IMG/VR virus record: IMGVR_UViG_3300028284_000001
Source of the DNA: a virus
Strand: one strand, 5' to 3'
Length of the DNA: 64,000 bases
Numbering within the stretch: position 1 is the first letter of the stretch; the number at the start of each line of letters is the position of its first letter. The position numbers were made by a program, and so were the translations under genes. Below, one piece after another: positions 56,485 through 64,000 of the stretch. The notes beneath the pieces were generated by a model, which worked only from the letters and a program-made list of their open reading frames with translations, made no database searches and had not been told where the DNA came from.

Positions 56485-57291
56485 TTAAAATTGTAAAAAT
56501 TTAGGTGACCAATAAAGACCTACTCCAATTGAAGGGCCTGTACTAATTACTTGGTTATTATTTAGATTAACACCATATCCAACTCCAAATCCAACTAGCC
56601 ATCTAGATTTCTTTTGGTCTTTTCTGTTTAATCTGCTATTAACTAAATTGATATTTTCAATATCTTTAATCTCTAATCCAGGATATCCAGTTGATAGCTT
56701 TAATCTATCAGCACCATCTACATTTTCAATTGCTGCCATCAGGCTTAGAGTTTGTTTTAATTCAAACTTAGTTTCTAATACTTTAAATTGTTCAAATTCA
56801 TATTTAAAAGTAGAGAATCCAGTTAGTTCTCTAGAGTTACCATCACCAAAATCTTCTGACGATGCAAATGTAACTTTAGTAGTTGTCGTGTCAATAGCCT
56901 CGGTTGTAGTAGTTACATCTAAACTATCTGTAATTTCTAAGTTAGCAGATATTAATGAATTAACTTCTTTTAAGTCATCATTAAGTGCTAACGCTTTCTT
57001 ATACTTGTTGGTCAACTTAGCTTGGCTAGATTCTAGGTTTGATAAATCAAACTCATAAGATCTAATCTGAGCAAGTTGATCTCCGTTATCATTTCTTAGT
57101 ATTGTAACAGAGTCTTGAGCAGCCTTAAAGTTATTAAGTTGTCTACCAGCATCTTCTTGTGCTAATTTTACATCTTGTTTTAAGTTCTCAATACTATTAC
57201 ATTGTTTAAGAAAAAATAAACACAAAAGAGCTCCAGCAACGAATGTTACTAGAGTTCTATTTGAAAGTATGTCTTTAATTTTTGTTATCAT
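56485..57291 (-). CDS. membrane-anchored coiled-coil protein, possible spanin-like lysis protein
   Basis: N-terminal hydrophobic helix, coiled coil, C-terminal Gly/aromatic beta-hairpin ending in F. Confidence 0.4.
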   Translation of the reverse strand: MITKIKDILSNRTLVTFVAGALLCLFFLKQCNSIENLKQDVKLAQEDAGRQLNNFKAAQDSVTILRNDNGDQLAQIRSYEFDLSNLESSQAKLTNKYKKALALNDDLKEVNSLISANLEITDSLDVTTTTEAIDTTTTKVTFASSEDFGDGNSRELTGFSTFKYEFEQFKVLETKFELKQTLSLMAAIENVDGADRLKLSTGYPGLEIKDIENINLVNSRLNRKDQKKSRWLVGFGVGYGVNLNNNQVISTGPSIGVGLYWSPKFLQF

Positions 57292-57297
57292 AATTTA

Positions 57298-60111
57298 TTA
57301 TTTTGGTGCGCCAGGAATATTGTGCCATACAATACCATCTGCTATATAAATATCTTGATCTTCAACTCCTACCGAATATGTAGCAAAATCTACTTCCGGA
57401 GTTACAATTTCAATATTAGTAACCTCAGTCCAAGCACCGTTAATATAGAACGAATCACCGTTAACTACACTTCCAGCTTTCTTGAAAGAAATACTACCAT
57501 CAGCCGTTTTTGTTAAAACTGGATGTTCGTGTGTAACCTTAGATAAATCATTATTAAAGTTAATATATTTATTATATGTACCCTCGTTTACAAAAGTTAC
57601 AGTTGTTGTGCTTTCAACAGCAGTCCATCCTTCTGCATTTGCAGTATAAGAGCTTGGCGGTTGTTCGTTTTCATTAGTTCCAAGACCTGTAATGCTATAT
57701 GATTTCAATACATCACCAACTTCTAGATCTTCAATTAATTTAGTTGTACCATCAGCTAAATGCATTACGGTACCTGCAAGGTGACACCACGCTGCTAGTA
57801 CTACCCACATACCTGTAACCGAACCTGATGCTAAAGTACCACCCCATGCGGATCCGTCAAATATAACCTCTGTTCCGTTATTATTACCGCCTTGTTGTCC
57901 TGCGCTTTCCGTCCCATCATTTTCGAACCAGAATTTTGCAAAACCTGAACCACCTGTATGTGGATCTGAGCCGTTAGTTCCGGAACTCGCACTTTGTGCC
58001 CCTATAAGAGAATCAGAGACATATACGTATGAATTAGCTGAATCTAATTGGGTCCAATTGTACCAGTTAAAGTCACTGGTAGACGCAGATCCACCTGTAA
58101 GTGGAGGACCTTGTACGCCGGAATTAACATCTTGCCAAGTAAATTCTTGGATGTTATATCCAGAGGTAAAATCATCCTGGTCTTCCCATCCAAAATAATT
58201 TTGTGAGCTTCCTGTTCCAGGCGTTAGCCATGAAAATGTAAACTCTTCAACAGGTAGTGAACCTGCAACAGTCACTGGTATAGTTTCGTTCTGGCCTTGG
58301 TTAACATATTGTAGTGCAAACCTGACCCAATCACCATTAGGCCCCATTGTTGGGTTAGGAGCTACTGTACCTCCAAAAACAGTAACGGTTACCTCATTAG
58401 TATTTGTAAATGCTACATGCCCTTGCTCTTTTACTACATATAAGTATGCAGATTGAGTAGTACCAGATATACCCGGTATTGAGACTAGGGAACTAACCGG
58501 AGACGCTCCGTTCATATTGTCATCTAATACTGCACCTGTAAAGTTATCAGTTAAATTCCAAGTTGTTGTATATTCAGGCGCGCTTGATCCAACTGCAGGG
58601 TCTACACATGTAAATGCATTCCCTGAATTACTAAATCCACTAGGAACATTAAAGGCAAGAGTATAATTACTAGCTCCAGCAGCATAATACCCTGGAGTTA
58701 CAGAAGCTGGTTGTATAGGAACGCCGTTCCATGTTAGAGTAAAGGTTACTGCTTCACCAATAATACCATTATCAACTTCAGCTACTAAACCTGCAGTGTT
58801 ACAATCAAATGTTGCTGTTCCATTTACGTTTTCAACCTGACATGTAACAGTACTACCTTCGTTATCCCAAACACCACCGGTTGGAACTTGAACTACTACA
58901 TCATAAGTGTTTACGCCTGCTACATAATTTGCAGGTGAAACTGAAATTACAGTTCCCGCATCAGCAGTTGCTGTTATCGGATCGTTAACTACACCATCAG
59001 CTATTTCTACTTCTGCATCATCACATTCAAAATCTGGTAAAGCAGTATATGAAGAAGATTGTGTTACACTTATAGTTTCAGTAATTGTATTACCTGCATT
59101 TGTATATCCTGTAGGAACTAAAATTGAAAGAACTAAACTAAGTGTATTAGAACCCGCTGTAGTATTTGGCGGGAACGAAGCCGGAGCTGAAGTCACATTA
59201 CTAGAGTTTCCTTGATCAATATTTACTGTTCCAGCTGGATTAACACTTGCAGAGCCTGTCCAATTTGAATAAGCAAAGTTAGAGATAACACTTCCATCAG
59301 GTCCTAAGACTAAATCAGAATCATCATCCATTGATATTGTATTACTAGAACCGCCACTACCACATGATCCGTTTAATGGTGCCATACAAAATTCTAACCA
59401 TGATCCATCAATGAATCCTTCGAATTTATTACCACCTGGGTTATATCTTACCATACCGTCAGTACCAACTACACTTGTATCGAAATTATCTAACGTTAAT
59501 GTTGTTGCTACTACTGTAGGAACATTAATTTGAAATCTAACATCTGGTGCATTACCGGATATCGGTGCAACAGAAGTAAGATTATATCTAACGTAATTAG
59601 GATCTGATACTACATCTTCAGAACTAATTAATATTTTATTATTTGCATCATGCCATAAAGTAATATAGCCATCAACAATTGTATCAGTAAAAAAGTCATA
59701 GTGTCTACCAACATTCAAAGTAGATCTTAAACTTAAATCACCGTCATTTGCATTTGAACCAATATCTTCAAAAGAACTATCACCTAACCAAATTACTGGA
59801 GTTTCCTTATCATCGCCTCTCTTAGGCTTTAATACAGTAACGTTGTTTACCCCGTCATTTGAGTTTAAATCGATCTGTATCTTTTTCCACGGGCTAGTAG
59901 TCTCACCAGAGTCTCCTTTAGCACCTTTATTACCCTGGTCACCCTGTGGTCCAGTTTGACCAACAACGCCTTGTGTACCTTTACCACCTTTAGGGCCTTC
60001 TGGTCCACCGCCATTAGCAACAATCTGATCAAAATTATAGTTAATCTTATCAAACTTGATAATATCAGAGTCGCTTGGGTGTAATATTTCTTGAATGTTA
60101 ATTACCGGCAT
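57298..60111 (-). CDS. tail fibre-like protein with collagen repeat and C-terminal Hint domain
   Basis: About 11 G-X-Y triplets; GMVRYN...FEG; three VPxG..NxG repeats; CHLAGT...THEHP...WHN. Confidence 0.75.
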   Translation of the reverse strand: MPVINIQEILHPSDSDIIKFDKINYNFDQIVANGGGPEGPKGGKGTQGVVGQTGPQGDQGNKGAKGDSGETTSPWKKIQIDLNSNDGVNNVTVLKPKRGDDKETPVIWLGDSSFEDIGSNANDGDLSLRSTLNVGRHYDFFTDTIVDGYITLWHDANNKILISSEDVVSDPNYVRYNLTSVAPISGNAPDVRFQINVPTVVATTLTLDNFDTSVVGTDGMVRYNPGGNKFEGFIDGSWLEFCMAPLNGSCGSGGSSNTISMDDDSDLVLGPDGSVISNFAYSNWTGSASVNPAGTVNIDQGNSSNVTSAPASFPPNTTAGSNTLSLVLSILVPTGYTNAGNTITETISVTQSSSYTALPDFECDDAEVEIADGVVNDPITATADAGTVISVSPANYVAGVNTYDVVVQVPTGGVWDNEGSTVTCQVENVNGTATFDCNTAGLVAEVDNGIIGEAVTFTLTWNGVPIQPASVTPGYYAAGASNYTLAFNVPSGFSNSGNAFTCVDPAVGSSAPEYTTTWNLTDNFTGAVLDDNMNGASPVSSLVSIPGISGTTQSAYLYVVKEQGHVAFTNTNEVTVTVFGGTVAPNPTMGPNGDWVRFALQYVNQGQNETIPVTVAGSLPVEEFTFSWLTPGTGSSQNYFGWEDQDDFTSGYNIQEFTWQDVNSGVQGPPLTGGSASTSDFNWYNWTQLDSANSYVYVSDSLIGAQSASSGTNGSDPHTGGSGFAKFWFENDGTESAGQQGGNNNGTEVIFDGSAWGGTLASGSVTGMWVVLAAWCHLAGTVMHLADGTTKLIEDLEVGDVLKSYSITGLGTNENEQPPSSYTANAEGWTAVESTTTVTFVNEGTYNKYINFNNDLSKVTHEHPVLTKTADGSISFKKAGSVVNGDSFYINGAWTEVTNIEIVTPEVDFATYSVGVEDQDIYIADGIVWHNIPGAPK

Positions 60112-60117
60112 TTCTTA

Positions 60118-63100
60118 TTATGACTTTATTTTTACCATAGGTCTAACTTCGTAAGAGTAGCCTAATCTTTTATTATATATCAACCTAAAATTAAGAGGCT
60201 GTTGTTCGTGTGATTTAAACGTAAAGTTTATATCATTAGAGAATGCTCCATCGTCTAAATTATCAATGCTGTCTGTTGATAAAATTTCAGAGAATTGACC
60301 CTTTCTTCTACTTGTGTATAATTTTATTTGATCTAAATTAAATGTATTAAGTAGGTTGTTTTCAACGTATAATAACGCATCATCTTTAGTTGTTGTTTTG
60401 TCACCTGCAGAATTAACAGCAGTTACAAATTTATTTATTGAATTTAGTACACCATCTGAAGATAATAACTTCTTAAGCGTCGATGTAATATAAAAATCCA
60501 TATAAATGTAATCCTTATTTTCAAATGATACTACATCATACTTTTCATCACCGTTAGCTAAAATTCGATCTTGCTGTTCTTGTGTTTTAGTAGCATACGA
60601 AGTAAAGTTAGTAATATTATATGAATCTTTTATCTTCATAATAGTAGAGCCTAAATAAGATCTTTCTTCTTTAGTTTCAAAAGTACCAGGTACTTGTTCA
60701 AATAAACCACCGGACAAACTTCTAGTATAATAGTTTTTATCCCAAGAAGACTTAAATACATTTATATCTTTTTTGTCTATTGTAACCTCACCGATTAAAG
60801 GATAAAGAGGTAATTTATCAGTAGACTCAGATAGTTTAGTTACTGCCGCAGCATTAGTTTCATTTACTTTTCTGTAAAAATGATTTTTAATAATACCCCA
60901 TCCATTATCATGTATGTTACGATCTTGTATGTAACCTAAGTTAAATGAAGTTCCACATCTATTATATTTCTTATAGTAATCTCTAGCCAATTCAACTTCT
61001 TTAGCATTTGTTAATGAATGCTTATACATTGATTCTTCAAATAAGATTTCAGTTGGGTTAGCAGTAGACTGTAAAGTGTTTGTTTTAAAATGAGTATATG
61101 TGTCAGTAAAAGTTACAATCGGATTTGTTGATATTGTATAATCACCATTATGTCTAACTAAGAATGGATAATATGTATCACTTACAGATAATTCGTAACC
61201 TATTGTACCTTGTTTTAATTTAAACGTTTTAGGCTTTTCTTCGTCTGACACTGTAACTAACATAGATTGTTTAATTACTTCTACTCCACTTTCGAATTGA
61301 ATTTCAAATCTATTAGAATTAATAGCACCATCAATCTCAACTGTTGTATATTTAATTGAACCATCATTATTCTTTAATAAATCAGACACCGCTGATACTG
61401 ACAGACTGCCTAAGATCGAAGTGAAGGCATTTTTACCCCCGCCTTTATATACATAAGTAGCAGACGTTTGAAGATAACCAGCAATATTAGAAACATTAAC
61501 CGGGTTGCCGTTTAAATCAACAGGGGCTGATGTTAAAGTAAGTTGAGCTTGGTCATCAATAGATGCAATCTTTAATTTAAAAGTAACAGGACCACTCGAG
61601 TCTTGCACCGTTACATATATGTTTCCAAATACTTCATTTTCATCTGGATTAATTTGATCTAAGAATTGAGGTAATCCCCCATCAACATGATCTATTCCAC
61701 TCGCTATTAAATAATCAGCAGCAGTTGGATCTGTAAAATTAATGTCATTCAGATTTAAAGCTCCGCTTATAGCAACGTCAGAATAACTAAAGTTTTCTGT
61801 CTCATGGTTCCATACAAAGCTGTGATTCATTTCATATAATAGTTTCCTATTTAAAGCACCATCAATCCATAAATCATCCATAGATATTGTAATTAAAAAT
61901 ACAACAAATTCAAACTCCTTATTTTGAATAACTTCATATTCAATGTCGTTCGTAGCTTGTCCACCTCTAACCATAACTAAAGTACTAAACTTATAGCCAT
62001 TAAATTCAGAAGATTTCACAAAATCATTAGTTGTAATATTTTCAAATTCTTTTCTATTCTTAAAAGAAACTTTAATACCTTTAAATAAAGTACTACCAAA
62101 CGATGCGTCGTTACCGCCTGAAACATTTGTATATTTCTTTTGTAAATTTGTTTTAATAAAAGATTTAATACCGTTACTATCAGTTTTCTCAAAACCTTCA
62201 GTTACCATAAATCTATCAAAGTAATTATATGAAGTGCTCTTAAAGTGAGATGCATTTAATTCAAAACCTTCTAAGAAGTTTACATAACTAAACGTATCAT
62301 TAAGCTGATCGTATTTTAAATATTTTGGTACATTATCTAAATAAAACCACTCATGTGTCATACCTAGTCTATCTCTACCTTCAGCATCAAAATCTGGTGA
62401 GAAGTTAGTTCTTCCAAATGCTTCGTTTGAGTTTAAATGATAACCCTCTTCTCTTACAGTCGTACCATCTTTTAATACCCACTTGTTAATATTAGGAGTT
62501 ACTCTAGATCTTACTGCAAATTGCTTAAGATTATTTTCTTGTAATCTATCATATTCACTCCATAGTTTAGATTCGTTATATGAATCCAATCCTTCTTCTG
62601 GTAAAATACCTCCAATACCAGTAAAGTAATTAACAGGCTCATCTTCAAATTCACTATCGAAAACGGTTAATGTGTTAGTAGTACTTTGTTGAGGTTCATA
62701 ATTAATATTAGCCGGAGTTTCAAATTCTAATTCTTTTAGATCTGAATTTGATATATCATAAAAATCAAAATCCATATCATGAATATCGTACGCTGAAAAT
62801 AAACCAATCCTAGCAACATTATCTGCATATACATTTTGCTCTCCAGAAGCTAAAGTGTTTATGTCTTCTAAAATAATTTTATTGTATATAGTATCAGCTC
62901 TTTCTATATCTTCCACTATATCAATAACTTTGTTGTACACATTGTCTGAATTTGTAGCAATTAAATCACCAACATTAATGTCAGCAACAGAATCTTTAGT
63001 TACTAATATAGATTTCCCAGCAGAATTACCGCCGTTCATATAGTACACTTGATTTACATTAAATATAACATCGCTTAAATTAAGCAATCCATTTGTATTA

Positions 63101-64000
63101 GCATTTGTTATAGAATCTCTATTGTTTACATCTAAGAAAACAGCAGAGTTTGCATTAGGAATTAAAATACCTGATTGTAATCTTCTATAACCTTTAATAT
63201 TTGATTTGACATAAAAGTAATCAGCACCATCTTCAATAATAGCCGTAAAATCAATAGGACTATTATTAACACATTCCGTAATTGCTTTAGCAATATCAGC
63301 AAAGTTACCTTGAGATGAGAACGAAGTGCTCTCGTATGTACCTGATGGTAAAACTGGCGAAGCAAAGAATGTTGAATTATCTAATTTAACGCTTGTTTGA
63401 ATTTCAGACACTTTAGCGATTGTACTTGAAGTTAAAGGAACCGTAGCTTCAAAAGATATTTCTAAATCTGAAAGAGTTGCATACTTATCTGTAATATAAA
63501 TAGTTTTATCTATATCAGATCTTTCTATTTTAATACCAGCACTATTACCGTCTGGGTATAAGTTTTGAATAGTATCAAATGTATCTGAAAGAGTTGTTCC
63601 CGTAGCTATTACGTGTTCAATTGGAGTACCTCCTTGTATATTTAGCTTTAACTTCCAGCCTTCACCTGCAATATGTCTTAAGAATTTAATAGAATATGCA
63701 GATTCTTTAGAATCAAAAATTACAAATCTATCATTAGATTGTGGAATTCCAGTTACCTGTACTTTATTAAAATCAAAACCTGCTGAATCTTCTTTAATAA
63801 CATCTATAGAGTTACCATTAGCAGCTAGTTTTATTTCAGAAGAAATACTATTATCACTATCTTCTACAATTACATTTAAACTGCTAGTCTCATAAGCAGC
63901 CCTAGATGATATTTTATAGAATGTATCACTTACCGCAACATAACCTAAAGTTGGAGTTCCGGAAATATGTTTGAATGAAGGTATTGCAGATTCTGGAGAG
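60118..64000 (-). CDS. very large structural (baseplate/tail) protein, 5'-truncated by window edge
   Basis: The frame of the 60118-63411 ORF stays open to position 64000 (checked by hand). Confidence 0.65.
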   Translation of the reverse strand, partial: SPESAIPSFKHISGTPTLGYVAVSDTFYKISSRAAYETSSLNVIVEDSDNSISSEIKLAANGNSIDVIKEDSAGFDFNKVQVTGIPQSNDRFVIFDSKESAYSIKFLRHIAGEGWKLKLNIQGGTPIEHVIATGTTLSDTFDTIQNLYPDGNSAGIKIERSDIDKTIYITDKYATLSDLEISFEATVPLTSSTIAKVSEIQTSVKLDNSTFFASPVLPSGTYESTSFSSQGNFADIAKAITECVNNSPIDFTAIIEDGADYFYVKSNIKGYRRLQSGILIPNANSAVFLDVNNRDSITNANTNGLLNLSDVIFNVNQVYYMNGGNSAGKSILVTKDSVADINVGDLIATNSDNVYNKVIDIVEDIERADTIYNKIILEDINTLASGEQNVYADNVARIGLFSAYDIHDMDFDFYDISNSDLKELEFETPANINYEPQQSTTNTLTVFDSEFEDEPVNYFTGIGGILPEEGLDSYNESKLWSEYDRLQENNLKQFAVRSRVTPNINKWVLKDGTTVREEGYHLNSNEAFGRTNFSPDFDAEGRDRLGMTHEWFYLDNVPKYLKYDQLNDTFSYVNFLEGFELNASHFKSTSYNYFDRFMVTEGFEKTDSNGIKSFIKTNLQKKYTNVSGGNDASFGSTLFKGIKVSFKNRKEFENITTNDFVKSSEFNGYKFSTLVMVRGGQATNDIEYEVIQNKEFEFVVFLITISMDDLWIDGALNRKLLYEMNHSFVWNHETENFSYSDVAISGALNLNDINFTDPTAADYLIASGIDHVDGGLPQFLDQINPDENEVFGNIYVTVQDSSGPVTFKLKIASIDDQAQLTLTSAPVDLNGNPVNVSNIAGYLQTSATYVYKGGGKNAFTSILGSLSVSAVSDLLKNNDGSIKYTTVEIDGAINSNRFEIQFESGVEVIKQSMLVTVSDEEKPKTFKLKQGTIGYELSVSDTYYPFLVRHNGDYTISTNPIVTFTDTYTHFKTNTLQSTANPTEILFEESMYKHSLTNAKEVELARDYYKKYNRCGTSFNLGYIQDRNIHDNGWGIIKNHFYRKVNETNAAAVTKLSESTDKLPLYPLIGEVTIDKKDINVFKSSWDKNYYTRSLSGGLFEQVPGTFETKEERSYLGSTIMKIKDSYNITNFTSYATKTQEQQDRILANGDEKYDVVSFENKDYIYMDFYITSTLKKLLSSDGVLNSINKFVTAVNSAGDKTTTKDDALLYVENNLLNTFNLDQIKLYTSRRKGQFSEILSTDSIDNLDDGAFSNDINFTFKSHEQQPLNFRLIYNKRLGYSYEVRPMVKIKS

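Noticed and set aside
3139-63365. Many short plus-strand or off-frame ORFs in the track (e.g. 8288-8707, 49729-50334, 56648-57058)
   Set aside because: They overlap well-supported minus-strand genes and have no promoter, leader or recognisable motif
63409-63411. GTG start for the last large ORF
   Set aside because: The frame remains open to the window end, so the true start lies outside the window
1-64000. Stop-codon reassignment as seen in some large phages
   Set aside because: Core genes are full length in the standard code, and both TAG (25105, 36917) and TGA (14656, 23656) serve as stops

Overview
AT-rich, densely coded 64-kb segment of a large T4-like (myovirus-type) dsDNA phage, with nearly all genes on the minus strand. 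The host is probably Bacteroidota. This is inferred from A-rich leaders without Shine-Dalgarno sites, an early promoter resembling TAnnTTTG, a Bacteroidota-style outer-membrane beta-barrel gene and a compact nrdB-nrdA pair. The window holds the head module (small terminase, neck, portal, protease-scaffold fusion, major capsid, gp2, gp4), the late-transcription factors (gp55, gp33-like), and the replication/recombination core (RNase H, clamp and loader, gp46/47, gp41, UvsX/W/Y, primase, gp32, RuvC-like). It also holds a family-B polymerase split into two genes 4.6 kb apart, a probable DNA-hypermodification operon and tail genes. The most notable system is a set of about 10 late genes, mainly at 37.9-47.7 kb, carrying T4-internal-protein-like capsid-targeting motifs and prohead-protease-type cleavage sites. 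They include a tRNA nucleotidyltransferase, two ligase-fold nucleotidyltransferases (one fused to a HIGH-family transferase), apparent polyproteins and a pro-form cationic glycine-zipper peptide, which suggests a virion-packaged, protease-matured enzyme cargo. Three promoter classes and several structured non-coding elements can be read directly from the sequence. All annotations come from motif recognition by eye; no searches were run.
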